A stretch of DNA of 64,000 nucleotides from Planctomycetota bacterium (GCA_038060895.1 JBBTCT010000031.1:32001-96000); one strand, 5' to 3'; numbered from the stretch's first letter, positions 26,108 through 36,338 are shown. The notes: generated by a model not told the origin, from the letters alone. Translations and numbers: made by a program.

Positions 26108-28591
26108 ATGAGCCACGGTCACGACGATCACGGTCATCCGCCTGCGCCTCACGGGGGCTCCGGCGGACATGCCGCCCACGGGGCGGGGGGACACGGTGCG
26201 TCCGGCCATGACGATCACGGCCATGGCGGCGGGCACGGCGGCGCGACCCATTTTCAGCCCGCCGGCTGGTCGATCGGCCTGGTCGTCTTCTGCGCGGCGA
26301 TCGCGCTCGGCGGGTTCTTCTTCAACCTCGGGCGCACCGGCCACTTCCTGATCGGCTCGACAGCGATCGACCTCAACAACCTCTTCGATACGCCCTGGCC
26401 CGCGCTCACCGTGCTCTGCCTGCCGCTTCTCGCGGCGTTCGTGCAGATCTTCTTCGGCCGCAAGCTGCCCCGGCGGGGCGACTGGGTTTCGACGGGCGCG
26501 GTCGCCGTCGGGCTTGCGATCTCGCTCCTGATGTTCGGGCGGATGATCGGGATCTACGACTGGCAGTTCAGCAGGACCTTCCAGATCGACTGGGTCATGC
26601 TGTTCAGCCGCGTCAATCCGGGTGAAGCCGACGTTCCGACGTTCAGGATCCCGATGGGGATCCTGGTGGACAACGTCACCGTGATCATGCTCGTCGTGGT
26701 CACGCTGGTGTCCACGCTGGTGCACATCTTCTCGATGGGGTACATGGCGGACGATCCGCGCTACTCGCGATTCTTCGCGTACCTCTCGATCTTCACGTTC
26801 TCGATGCTCGGGCTGATCCTCTGCAACAACATCTTCGCGCTCTACATGTTCTGGGAGCTGGTCGGCCTCTCGAGCTACCTGCTGATCGGGTTCTGGTTTG
26901 AAAAGAAGTCCGCGGGGGATGCGCAGAAGAAGGCGTTCCTGGCCAACCGCGTCGGCGACATCGGGATGTTCCTCGGCATCCTCACGTTCTTCTTCTTCAC
27001 GGGCGAAGCGACCTACCAGGGGATCTTCGACAGCGTCGCGGGCGGGTCGTTCACCGGCCACATCGGGCTCCTCACCGCCGCAGGCTGCCTGCTCTTTTGC
27101 GGCGCCATCGGCAAGTCGGCCCAGTTCCCGCTTCACGTCTGGCTTCCCGACGCCATGGAAGGCCCGACGCCCGTCTCCGCGCTGATCCACGCGGCCACCA
27201 TGGTCGCCGCCGGCGTCTACCTCGTGACGCGCATGTTCCCCGTCTTCACGCCCGACGCGCTCATCGTCATCGCCTGGTTCGGCGGCTTCACCGCCATCTT
27301 CGCCGCCACCATCGCCCTCTGCGCCAACGACATCAAGAAGGTCCTCGCCTACTCCACCGTGTCCCAGCTCGGCTACATGATCATGGGCCTCGGCGCCGCC
27401 GCGTACACCAACGGCTTCTTTCACCTCTGGACCCACGCGTTCTTCAAGGCGTGCCTCTTCCTCGGGTCCGGAAGCGTCATCCACGCGGTGCACACGCAGG
27501 ACATGCGCGAGATGGGCGGACTGCGGAAGAAGATGCCGATCACGTTCTGGGCGATGTTCGTCTCGACGTGGGCGATCGCCGGCATCCCCGGCACCAGCGG
27601 CTTTACGTCCAAGGACGGCATCCTCGGCGACCTGCTCTTCGCGGCTCACCACAACGCCGCGCTCTGGCCCGTCGTCATCTTCGGCTTCCTCGGGGCCGGC
27701 CTCACGGCGTTCTACATGTTCCGCCTCATCTTCATGACCTTCTTCGGCAAGCCGGCGGTGCAGGAGAAGTTCGACCACGCCCACGAATCGCCCTGGGTCA
27801 TGGCGGCGCCTCTCATTGTCCTGGGCGCCCTCGCGCTCACCTCTGACAAAGGCGGCTGGTTCCAGGATCTCGTCGGCCCGCCGCCATCCGCCGCAAAGCA
27901 GGCCCTCAAGCTCGCCGGCGTCAAAGTCCACGAACCCGCGGCGCACGGGGCGCACGCGGGCGAGGAACACGGAAGCCACGAGGCGATCGCGCCCGCCGGC
28001 AAGCCCGACCCCGCAAAAGCCGAAGCGCCCGCCGCGGGCCGCCGGCCCTACAAGGATCCGCTCGAACACGAGAAGCACAGCTCACACAACTGGGCCATGG
28101 TCCTCTCCATCCTGGTCGCCACCGCCGGCATTTCTCTCTCTTACCTGACCTACCAGGCTCACGTGATTTCCGCCCCGAGGATCGCCGCCAGGCTCCCCTG
28201 GGCCCACCGCGTCCTGCTCAACAAGTACTACATCGACGAATTCATCCAGGATTACCTCGTCGTGCCCTGCCTCTCGCTCGCCCACTCCTGCGCCCGCTTC
28301 GACCTCAAGGTCGTCGACTTCTTCGTCAACGCCTGGGGCCACGTCGTCGTGATGTGGGCCCGCGTCTCCAATGCGTTCGACCAGAAAGTCGTGGACGGCG
28401 CCGTCAACGGAACCGCGGACGTCGTCCAGTCCGCCGGAGCCTCGCTCTCGCGGTTCCAGACCGGCCGCATCAAAACCTACCTCGCATGGTCCCTCGCCGG
28501 CGCGCTCCTGCTCGTCGGCGGGTTCCACCTCGTCTCGAACTGGAAACACTTCCGCAGCCGCCCCACGGCGGCCGTTGAGCCCGGCAAATAG
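26108..28591 (+). CDS. nuoL: NADH-quinone oxidoreductase subunit L with His-rich N-terminal extension
   Basis: FWELVGLSSYLLIGFW, GKSAQFPLHVWLPDAMEGPTPVSALIHAATMV, THAFFKA. Confidence 0.97.
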   Translation: MSHGHDDHGHPPAPHGGSGGHAAHGAGGHGASGHDDHGHGGGHGGATHFQPAGWSIGLVVFCAAIALGGFFFNLGRTGHFLIGSTAIDLNNLFDTPWPALTVLCLPLLAAFVQIFFGRKLPRRGDWVSTGAVAVGLAISLLMFGRMIGIYDWQFSRTFQIDWVMLFSRVNPGEADVPTFRIPMGILVDNVTVIMLVVVTLVSTLVHIFSMGYMADDPRYSRFFAYLSIFTFSMLGLILCNNIFALYMFWELVGLSSYLLIGFWFEKKSAGDAQKKAFLANRVGDIGMFLGILTFFFFTGEATYQGIFDSVAGGSFTGHIGLLTAAGCLLFCGAIGKSAQFPLHVWLPDAMEGPTPVSALIHAATMVAAGVYLVTRMFPVFTPDALIVIAWFGGFTAIFAATIALCANDIKKVLAYSTVSQLGYMIMGLGAAAYTNGFFHLWTHAFFKACLFLGSGSVIHAVHTQDMREMGGLRKKMPITFWAMFVSTWAIAGIPGTSGFTSKDGILGDLLFAAHHNAALWPVVIFGFLGAGLTAFYMFRLIFMTFFGKPAVQEKFDHAHESPWVMAAPLIVLGALALTSDKGGWFQDLVGPPPSAAKQALKLAGVKVHEPAAHGAHAGEEHGSHEAIAPAGKPDPAKAEAPAAGRRPYKDPLEHEKHSSHNWAMVLSILVATAGISLSYLTYQAHVISAPRIAARLPWAHRVLLNKYYIDEFIQDYLVVPCLSLAHSCARFDLKVVDFFVNAWGHVVVMWARVSNAFDQKVVDGAVNGTADVVQSAGASLSRFQTGRIKTYLAWSLAGALLLVGGFHLVSNWKHFRSRPTAAVEPGK

Positions 28592-28603
28592 GGAGTCCCG
28601 AAG

Positions 28604-30130
28604 GTGAACCACCTCCTGTCGCTCATGACGTTCGTCCCGCTCCTCGGGGCACTGATCATCCTGTGCCTCCCGAAGGGGAAGGACGAGCTGGTGAAGTGCA
28701 TCGCGGCGTGTGCCGCGGGCGTGCCGCTCTTCCTGAGTTTCTTTCTCTGGAAGGGATTCGACCGCACGACCGCCTCGTTGCAGTTCGTCGAAAAGGCGGA
28801 CTGGATCCCGATGTTCAACATCCAGTACTCGATGGGCGTCGACGGAATCTCGGTCATCATGGTGCTGCTCACCGCGCTGATCTCGTTCATTTGCATCTTC
28901 GCGAGCTGGGAGATCGGCAAGGGCGTGAAGGGCTATTTCGCGCTGTTCCTGCTGCTCGAAACGGGAATGATGGGCGTGTTCTGCGCGATGGACTTCTTCC
29001 TGTTCTACGTCTTCTGGGAAGTGATGCTCCTGCCGATGTACTTCCTGATCGGCATCTGGGGCGGCCCGCGCAAGGAGTACGCGGCTATCAAATTCTTCAT
29101 GTACACGCTGGTCGGCAGCGTGCTGATGCTGGTCGTGATGCTGGTGTTCTACTTCAACGTCACCGACCCGGCGACCGGGAAGCACACGTTTGACCTGCTG
29201 GTGCTCCGCAACCAGGACGCCCGGAGCGGCTCGCTGATGCTCGAGGGGGTGCGCGATCTCTGCTTCCTCGCCCTGTTCGTCGGCTTTGCGATCAAGGTGC
29301 CGGTCTTCCCCTTCCATACGTGGTTGCCGGACGCGCACGTCGAAGCGCCGACCGCCATCTCCGTCATCCTGGCCGGCATCCTGCTGAAGATGGGCACCTA
29401 CGGCCTCTTCCGGATCGCCTTCCCCCTCCTGCCCGACATGGCGAACAAGTACGCGACGTTCATCGGCGTGCTGGGGGTGATCAACATCGTGTACGGCGCA
29501 CTCTGCGCGATGGCGCAGGACGACCTGAAGAAGATGGTCGCCTACTCGTCGGTCAGCCACATGGGCTACTGCCTGCTCGGCATGGGCGCGATGACGACGG
29601 CCGGGTTCAACGGCGCGATGATGCAGATGTTCGGCCACGGCCTCGTGACGTCGATGCTGTTCCTCTGCGTCGGCGTCATCTATGAGCGCGTCCACCACCG
29701 CTGGATCAGCCGCTTCGGCGGGCTCGCGACCATGGTCCCGGTCTACACCGGCTTCGTGACGTTCGCGTTCTTCGCGTCGCTCGGCCTCCCCGGCCTCGTC
29801 GGGTTCATCGGCGAAGCGATGTGCTTCATCGGCGGCTGGCAGAGCGTCAACCCGGTGTTCCAGAAACTCACGATCTTCGCAACGCTCGGCATCCTGCTCG
29901 GCGCCGCGTTCCACCTGTGGGCGCTTCAGCGGATGTTCCTCGGCGAGAAGAACAAGATCTACACCGAGCAGTACCACCACGTGACCGAAATCAACGGCCG
30001 GGAGATCTTCTGCCTCATCCCGCTCGCGATCCTCGTCCTCGCGGCCGGCTGCTACCCGCAGCCGGTGTTCGACCTCATGAATGTCTCGATGTCGGAACTG
30101 CAGTCGTTCATCGCCCACTACCCGAAATAA
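28604..30130 (+). CDS. nuoM: NADH-quinone oxidoreductase subunit M
   Basis: FYVFWEVML, KVPVFPFHTWLPDAHVEAPT, AYSSVSHMG. Confidence 0.97.
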   Translation: MNHLLSLMTFVPLLGALIILCLPKGKDELVKCIAACAAGVPLFLSFFLWKGFDRTTASLQFVEKADWIPMFNIQYSMGVDGISVIMVLLTALISFICIFASWEIGKGVKGYFALFLLLETGMMGVFCAMDFFLFYVFWEVMLLPMYFLIGIWGGPRKEYAAIKFFMYTLVGSVLMLVVMLVFYFNVTDPATGKHTFDLLVLRNQDARSGSLMLEGVRDLCFLALFVGFAIKVPVFPFHTWLPDAHVEAPTAISVILAGILLKMGTYGLFRIAFPLLPDMANKYATFIGVLGVINIVYGALCAMAQDDLKKMVAYSSVSHMGYCLLGMGAMTTAGFNGAMMQMFGHGLVTSMLFLCVGVIYERVHHRWISRFGGLATMVPVYTGFVTFAFFASLGLPGLVGFIGEAMCFIGGWQSVNPVFQKLTIFATLGILLGAAFHLWALQRMFLGEKNKIYTEQYHHVTEINGREIFCLIPLAILVLAAGCYPQPVFDLMNVSMSELQSFIAHYPK

Positions 30131-30142
30131 GCGACCAAGACC

Positions 30143-31693
30143 TTGCAACTCGGCGTCGTCGAAAACCTGTCCTACCTCACCCCGGAGATCATCCTCACGG
30201 TCACCCTGGGCGCGGTCATCGTCCTCGATCTCGGGGGGCCGAAGGACAAGAAGGGCCTCGTCGCGCGCCTCGCGGCGACCGGCCTCGGCGCGACATTGCT
30301 CATGGTGATCCTGACGTACTTCGAGCTCGAGTCGAAGCAGCGCTCGCGGGTCTTCCTCTTCGCCGACTCCTTCGTCGTCGATCCGTTCTCCATGTACTTC
30401 AAGCTCGTCGCCGGCGTCTGCGCGTTCATGATCGCGATGTTCGCAGCCAAGGTGCGCCGGATCGAGGCGCACGGGGAAGGAGAGTTCTATCCGCTGCTGC
30501 TCGTCACGACGCTGGGCATTTTCCTCATGGCCGGCGTCACCGACCTGGTCGGCATGGTCGTCGCCATCGAGACCCTCTCGATCCCGTCCTACATCCTCGC
30601 CGGCTTCTACAAGCGCGACCGCGGCTCGAGCGAGGCCTCCCTCAAGTACGTCCTCTACGGCGCAACCGCCTCCGGCTCCATGCTCTTCGGCCTCTCCTTC
30701 CTCTACGGCCTGGCCGGCACCACGTCGTTCCAGGGGATCGCGACGGCGATGGGAAGCGGCCGCGCGGATATCCTCTCGATCAGCCTGATGCTGGGCCTCG
30801 TCCTCATCGGCGTCGGCTTCAAGATTTCGGCCGCGCCGTTCCACATGTGGACGCCCGATGTGTACGAAGGCTCGCCGACGGTCGTCACGGCCTTCCTGTC
30901 CACGGCATCCAAGGCCGGCGGCTTCGCGATCCTCATCCGCCTCTTCTATTCGATCCTCGCGCGCCCCGAGGTCGCAGGCCAGCCCGCCGGGCAATGGATC
31001 CCCATCGGCGACCCCGGGTGGACCAGCATGGTCGCCGTCATCGCCGTCGTCACCATGACCATCGGCAACCTCGCGGCGTACAAGCAGACGAACGTGAAGC
31101 GCCTGCTCGCGTACTCCTCGATCGCGCACGCGGGGTACCTGCTGCTCGGCTTCGTCGTGATGCATGGCTCCGGGCTCATGGCGATGCTCTTCTACATCGG
31201 CACCTACGTCTTCATGAACCTCGGCGCCTTCCTCTGCGTCATCGCCGTCTCGGAGAACGGCGGCGGCGAAGAAATCTCGGACTACCGCGGCCTCGGCTGG
31301 CGCTCGCCCTTCCTCGCAATGTGCATGGCCGCATTCCTCTTCTCCCTCACCGGCCTCCCGCCGCTCGCCGGCTTCGTCGGCAAGGTCTACCTCTTTGCCG
31401 CCCTCGTCGAGCACGGCTGGGTCTGGCTTGCGGTCGTCGCCGCGCTCAACAGCGCCGTGTCGCTGTACTACTACGTGCGAGTCGTGAAAGCGATGTACCT
31501 CGAAGGCATCCCGCGCCGCGAGGGCGACGTCGTCCCGCTGCGCATCGGGTCGCACTTCGGCATCATGCTTTTCCTCTGCCTCCTGCCCACGGTTATTTTC
31601 GGCATCTACTGGGAGCCGCTGGCGAAGCTGGCCACGTGGAGCGTGGGTGCCAGCGCGCCGGTGGAAGCGCGCCCGGCCGCGGCGCACAAGTAG
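30143..31693 (+). CDS. nuoN: NADH-quinone oxidoreductase subunit N
   Basis: FKISAAPFHMWTPDVYEGSP, KRLLAYSSIAHAGY, GLPPLAGFVGK, YYY. Confidence 0.97.
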   Translation: MQLGVVENLSYLTPEIILTVTLGAVIVLDLGGPKDKKGLVARLAATGLGATLLMVILTYFELESKQRSRVFLFADSFVVDPFSMYFKLVAGVCAFMIAMFAAKVRRIEAHGEGEFYPLLLVTTLGIFLMAGVTDLVGMVVAIETLSIPSYILAGFYKRDRGSSEASLKYVLYGATASGSMLFGLSFLYGLAGTTSFQGIATAMGSGRADILSISLMLGLVLIGVGFKISAAPFHMWTPDVYEGSPTVVTAFLSTASKAGGFAILIRLFYSILARPEVAGQPAGQWIPIGDPGWTSMVAVIAVVTMTIGNLAAYKQTNVKRLLAYSSIAHAGYLLLGFVVMHGSGLMAMLFYIGTYVFMNLGAFLCVIAVSENGGGEEISDYRGLGWRSPFLAMCMAAFLFSLTGLPPLAGFVGKVYLFAALVEHGWVWLAVVAALNSAVSLYYYVRVVKAMYLEGIPRREGDVVPLRIGSHFGIMLFLCLLPTVIFGIYWEPLAKLATWSVGASAPVEARPAAAHK

Positions 31694-31699
31694 TCCGGC

Positions 31700-32593
31700 A
31701 TGAAGATCCGCATCATCGGCGTTCCGATGGACCTCGGCGGGGACCGTCGCGGCGTCGACATGGGTCCGTCGGCGATCCGGTATGCGAATCTCGAGGAAGG
31801 CCTCGAGAAAATCGGGCACAAGGTGGAGGACACGGGGGACATTCCCGTGCCGATTCCCGAGAGCCGGATCATCAAGGACCCGACGGCGAAGTATCTGCCG
31901 GAGATCGTGAAGGCGAACAAGCTGCTCGCGGACGCGGTGGCGAAAGCGTTGCGCGAGGGGTATTTCCCGATCGTGCTGGGCGGGGACCATTCGATCGCGA
32001 TCGGCTCGCTCTGGGGCGTGACGCGCGTGCGCAAGAACGTCGGCGTGCTCTGGATGGACGCGCACGGCGACTTCAACACTCCAGAGACGAGTCCCAGCGG
32101 GAACATCCACGGGATGCCGATGGCCTCGGCGCTCGGCCGCGGGCGCGATTCCCTCGTGAAGAATGAGGACCCCGCAAGCCGGATTCTCGCGCAGCACGTC
32201 GTCCAGATCGGCATCCGCGACCTCGACCCGCTCGAAAAGCGCGCGATCCGGGCGAGCGGCATCCACGTGTTCACGATGCACGAGGTGGACCGATATGGAA
32301 TGCCCGCCGTTATCGAGAAAGCCATGGCACATTTCGCGGGGTGCGATCACATCCACCTGAGCTTCGACATGGACGTGATCGACCCGGACGAAGCGCCCGG
32401 GGTCGGGACGCCGGTGCCGGGAGGCATCACGGCGCGCGAAGCGCACCTCGCGCTGGAAATGGTCGCGGAGACGCACCGGATCAGCTCGATGGACCTGGTG
32501 GAGGTGAACCCGATTCTGGATGAGAGAAACCGGACGGCGGTGCTCGCCACGGAGCTCATCGAGTCCGCGCTCGGGCGGAGAATTCTGGAATAG
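31700..32593 (+). CDS. rocF: Arginase
   Basis: GGDHSIA, DAHGDFNTPETSPSGNIHGMP, SFDMDVIDP, EVNP. Confidence 0.95.
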   Translation: MKIRIIGVPMDLGGDRRGVDMGPSAIRYANLEEGLEKIGHKVEDTGDIPVPIPESRIIKDPTAKYLPEIVKANKLLADAVAKALREGYFPIVLGGDHSIAIGSLWGVTRVRKNVGVLWMDAHGDFNTPETSPSGNIHGMPMASALGRGRDSLVKNEDPASRILAQHVVQIGIRDLDPLEKRAIRASGIHVFTMHEVDRYGMPAVIEKAMAHFAGCDHIHLSFDMDVIDPDEAPGVGTPVPGGITAREAHLALEMVAETHRISSMDLVEVNPILDERNRTAVLATELIESALGRRILE

Positions 32594-32619
32594 ATCCTTC
32601 GCTCGGTTGAAAAACGACC

Positions 32620-32650
32620 TGAGCCGCAGAGGACGCAGAGGGCACAGAGA
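32620..32650. repeat. Short 9-bp tandem repeat
   Basis: GCCGCAGAG GACGCAGAG GGCACAGAG. Confidence 0.5.
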
Positions 32651-32793
32651 AATGTGAGATTCAATTTGGTGCTTCTTTGCCCGTCGGCGATTGGTGAGAC
32701 GGCGCGACTCGGCACAAATCGACACGCCGGCCCTCAATTGTCCACTCCGTTTTAGTTGTCCGGTCGTGGGGCTTTCGCGCGACAATCCCCCCC

Positions 32794-33330
32794 GTGACCG
32801 AGCCAGACCCCGAAGTCGCTTTCGCCGCCATCGAGATCGACGCGCAATTCGCGCTCGACCGCCCCTGGCTGTCCGCGCCTCCCGTCGCCGCGCGCCCCCT
32901 CGTTACGATCGGCATCTTCCCCGCGTTCGGCGCCCACCGCGCCTGGTCCGTCTTCGACACCCCCGGCCCCTCCGTCCTCGTCCGCGAAATCGCCTGGGAC
33001 CGCGTCTCCGACCTCGCCGCCTTCGCCGAACCCTTCCCCGGCCGCGTCCTCCCCCGCCCCACGAAGCCTACGCTCGTCCTCCGCGACATCCACACCCCCC
33101 GAGCGACGCTCGCCGAATTCCTCGCCTCCGTCGAGTCCCTCCCCCTCCCCGCCGAAACACCGCCCTGGTCCCCCACCGCCAGCGAAGTCTCCTTCGTCCG
33201 CCTCGACGCCCGCCCCGGCGCCCCGCGCTTCGTCTGGACCTGGGACCTCCCGCCTGGATGGGAAACTCTCCTCACGTGGTTTGCCGAAGCGATCCGAACG
33301 CTGGAGCACGTGATGACCGAAAGCCGGTGA
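32794..33330 (+). CDS. Hypothetical protein
   Basis: 178-aa ORF, globular composition, GACAAT 7 nt upstream of GTG; very C-rich codon usage. Confidence 0.6.
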   Translation: MTEPDPEVAFAAIEIDAQFALDRPWLSAPPVAARPLVTIGIFPAFGAHRAWSVFDTPGPSVLVREIAWDRVSDLAAFAEPFPGRVLPRPTKPTLVLRDIHTPRATLAEFLASVESLPLPAETPPWSPTASEVSFVRLDARPGAPRFVWTWDLPPGWETLLTWFAEAIRTLEHVMTESR

Positions 33331-33364
33331 TCGTCGCTGCCTGCGCGGTGGCATAATTGGCGGC

Positions 33365-34588
33365 GTGAAGCAGCGCCTCTTCCATCTCCTCCCTTTCGCG
33401 CCTGCAGTTCTCGGTGCTGTCGCGCTCTTCGTCCTCGTGGGACTCTCGAAGCAGCCTTGGCAGGGACCCGGACTGCCCGTGCCAGCACCGCCCTGCCCGG
33501 TGGCCGAGATCGTTCCTCCGCCGCCAGCCCGCTTCGAGGATTCGAGTCCCTTCGAGTACGTCAACGGGCTCCACCCGCGCGTCGCCCTCCACCTCTGGGA
33601 TCGCCTCCCTACAGAACTGTGGGCGTCCAGACTGATGCGCGCCGAGCGGCAGATGTGGAAGATGCTGGAAGCTGAAACGCCGGATCCTGAGGCCCGGACA
33701 CTCCGGGAACTCGTCAGCTCATTCTCGAGAAAGAGCGGCTGGGCGCTGTGCCTGGATGAAGCCTTACGGGAGGATGTGCCGCTTCGCGCCGCCAATGCGG
33801 GCGAAAGCCTCGCAGGTTTGCTGCGCAGGACTGCTGATTCCGCGGGACTCTACGTTGTTCCGTCCGAACCGGAATACAGCGGTCTCTTGACCCGTAACCC
33901 GCGGCTGGCCGGCTGGCCACGGACCTGGCCACTCGTGCGCGTCCTGAAGGCGCTGCGTGGCGAAGTGCCGGATGCCACGGAACGCGCCTGGCTGGCGCTC
34001 GAAGGTCCGCCTCCGACAACTCCCTCAGGGGACGTCGACGTGCGAACGATCGAGAACTGGCTCGCTTCGGCCACGGGACTGACGACCGAATTTTCGGAAG
34101 AAGCGCGCCCGCGGATCGAGAGTGCGCCCGCCCTCCGTGTGCCGTCTCCGGACGAAGGCGACACGATCGAATCCTGCGCGCGCGTCGCTCTCGTCCGCGC
34201 CGGTCTCGATGTGGCCGCGCGCGCGGGATCGGTGCTGATCTGCAGGAGGGGGGAGGCCGACGCACTGGCCGCCGGCCGATTTCTGACGCGCGAGTGGACC
34301 CAGCGGGAGTGGAAGGAAGGAGAGGCGCTTCTTGCGACACTCGACCCGAGAATCGTGGTCATTGGCGGAATTCAGTGCAGGCCGGCCGTCCTGATCACGC
34401 GAATCGCCGACGCCTGCACGCTGGAGATCGCGATCGACGACATCACCTGGGACGACCCGACTCTCATCGCGCTTCCCAAAGGCGAATACACAATCCGCGA
34501 GCTCCGTGAGCAGCTCTGGGTCAGCGCGAGTGTGCGCATGCACGCGCTCAAGGGTCGACTGTGGTTCGTGGAGCCTGAGCCAAGGTAG
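33365..34588 (+). CDS. Membrane-anchored protein with ~3 degenerate STN-like repeats
   Basis: N-terminal TM; repeats TLRELVSSFSRKSGWALCLD.., VRTIENWLASATGLTTEF..GLDVAARAGSVLI, LITRIADACTLEIAID. Confidence 0.55.
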   Translation: MKQRLFHLLPFAPAVLGAVALFVLVGLSKQPWQGPGLPVPAPPCPVAEIVPPPPARFEDSSPFEYVNGLHPRVALHLWDRLPTELWASRLMRAERQMWKMLEAETPDPEARTLRELVSSFSRKSGWALCLDEALREDVPLRAANAGESLAGLLRRTADSAGLYVVPSEPEYSGLLTRNPRLAGWPRTWPLVRVLKALRGEVPDATERAWLALEGPPPTTPSGDVDVRTIENWLASATGLTTEFSEEARPRIESAPALRVPSPDEGDTIESCARVALVRAGLDVAARAGSVLICRRGEADALAAGRFLTREWTQREWKEGEALLATLDPRIVVIGGIQCRPAVLITRIADACTLEIAIDDITWDDPTLIALPKGEYTIRELREQLWVSASVRMHALKGRLWFVEPEPR

Positions 34589-34600
34589 GGCTCGGCTTCG

Positions 34601-35836
34601 CTATTCGCTGACCTCGTTCGCAAGCATCTGCTCGAACGTCTGCCGCTTCCGCACGAGACGCAGCGCGCCGTTCTCGTGCATGACCTCGGGGGCCTGCGGG
34701 TACGAGTTGTAGTTGAGGGTGCACATCGCGGCGCAGTAGGCGCCGGCGCCGCCGACGACGACGAGGTCGCCGGTTTTCGGGCGGGGGACGTCGCGCGGGG
34801 CCAGGGCCTCGGGGTCGGACGGCGCGGGGGTCAGGATGTCGCCGGACTCGCAGCAGGGGCCGACGAAGACGACCTTGGTCGAAGTGCGTTCTTCGGTGGT
34901 CAGGACGTCGATGGGGTGCTGCGCGCCGTAGAGCGACGGGCGCGTGACCTCGTTCATGCCGGTGTCGAGCTTCGCGAAAACGTAGCCGTCCTTGCCGGTG
35001 TCCACGACGTCGATGACGCTGGCGACGACGCATCCCGCGTTCGCGACGAGAGCGGTGCCGGGCTCGATCTCGAGGTGAAGAGCCCTTCCGGTGCGCTGTT
35101 TGAATTCCATGAATTCCTGGCGCACGTTTTCGCCGATGTCCTGCAGGTCGGTGGACTTCTCGCTGGGCATGCGGGCGACCTTGAAGCCGCCGCCGAGGTT
35201 CAGCACGTTGACGTCGGGAAGCTGCCCGGCGATCCCGAGGCTCATGCGCGCGACGCGCTTCCAGACGACGGGGTCGGTGCCGCTGCCGATGTGGGAGTGA
35301 AGGCGCGTGATCTTCACGCCGTGCTTCGCGGCCAGTTCGCGCGCTTCGGCGAGCCGCTCGTGCCAGATCCCGAAACTCGACCCGGGCCCGCCGACGTTGG
35401 TGCGGTTCGTGGAGCCGCTTCCGAGGCCGGCGTTGATCCGGATCGAGACTTCGCGGCCGGGGAAGGCCTTGCCGAAGTTCTCGAGCTGGAGCAGTGAGCA
35501 CGCGTTGTAGAGCACGCCGCGCTCGACGTGCGCGGCGAGGTTCTTCGACGGCGCCTGGCTGGTGAGCTGGATCTTGCCGGGGGCGAAACCGGCCCGGAGG
35601 GCGCGCTCGACTTCGTGGTCCGACGAAGCGTCGATATGGAGGCCGAGGTCGAGGAAGAGCTTAAGGATGGCGTGATTCGGGTTCGACTTCATCGCGAAGC
35701 GCAGCGTGAACCCGAATGCGTTGGGGAAGGCGAGCGCGTTGCGCGCGGAGGCTTCGAGCGTGGAGCGGTCGTAGACGTAGCAGGGGGTGCCGAAGCGTTC
35801 GCGGGCCTGCGTTGCTGTGGCTTGGGTCAGGAACAT
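34601..35836 (-). CDS. lysA: Diaminopimelate decarboxylase
   Basis: FGTPCYVYD, FAMKSN, HSHIGSG, LGGG, EPG, GPCCESGD, GAYC..M..NYN. Confidence 0.95.
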   Translation of the reverse strand: MFLTQATATQARERFGTPCYVYDRSTLEASARNALAFPNAFGFTLRFAMKSNPNHAILKLFLDLGLHIDASSDHEVERALRAGFAPGKIQLTSQAPSKNLAAHVERGVLYNACSLLQLENFGKAFPGREVSIRINAGLGSGSTNRTNVGGPGSSFGIWHERLAEARELAAKHGVKITRLHSHIGSGTDPVVWKRVARMSLGIAGQLPDVNVLNLGGGFKVARMPSEKSTDLQDIGENVRQEFMEFKQRTGRALHLEIEPGTALVANAGCVVASVIDVVDTGKDGYVFAKLDTGMNEVTRPSLYGAQHPIDVLTTEERTSTKVVFVGPCCESGDILTPAPSDPEALAPRDVPRPKTGDLVVVGGAGAYCAAMCTLNYNSYPQAPEVMHENGALRLVRKRQTFEQMLANEVSE

Positions 35837-35867
35837 GGGGCGCGGATTGTACGCGACGAGTTGCGAG

Positions 35868-36338
35868 TTAATCCTTCTTCGGAGGCGGCGGGGTGAGGAG
35901 GGCCTTGAAGCGCGCGTTGGCCGCGAGCGGGGCGAAGTCGGCGTCCTCGGCGGCGATTTCGCGGTACTCGGCGTTCGCTTCGATGGCCGTGCCCAGGTCG
36001 CGGATCCCCTCCTCGGCCTTGCCGCAGCGGCAGCAGGCGATGGCGCGGTTGTACCGGACGTACTTGGCGTTCGCGTCGGTCTTGAGCGCCCTGTCGCAGG
36101 TCGCGAGGGCGTCCTCATTGCGGCCGGCGAGGAGCTGGAAGCCGGCGAGCATGTCGAGGGCCTTGGCGTCCTTGGCCCAGGAATTCAAGTGGCGCTCAAG
36201 CAGCGAGATCGCCTGGTTGACGTTTCCCTGCATCCCGACCGCCTGCGCGCTGCGGCGGGAGGCGTTCTGGTCGTCCGGTTTCTTCGCCAGCGCGGTCGCG
36301 GCCTGCTTCTCGATGACCTGCCAGTCCCAGACGCTCAT
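35868..36338 (-). CDS. Tetratricopeptide-repeat protein
   Basis: TPR helices, YNRAIACC..., C-terminal AAEDADFAPL. Confidence 0.8.
   Translation of the reverse strand: MSVWDWQVIEKQAATALAKKPDDQNASRRSAQAVGMQGNVNQAISLLERHLNSWAKDAKALDMLAGFQLLAGRNEDALATCDRALKTDANAKYVRYNRAIACCRCGKAEEGIRDLGTAIEANAEYREIAAEDADFAPLAANARFKALLTPPPPKKD

Noticed and set aside
28082-32785. 1567-aa minus-strand ORF and other long antisense ORFs (e.g. 8863-11562, 12409-14913, 36443-39319, 47969-50959)
   Set aside because: They shadow well-conserved genes on the opposite strand, have Arg/Gly/His-biased composition and no motifs; an expected artefact of high-GC codon usage
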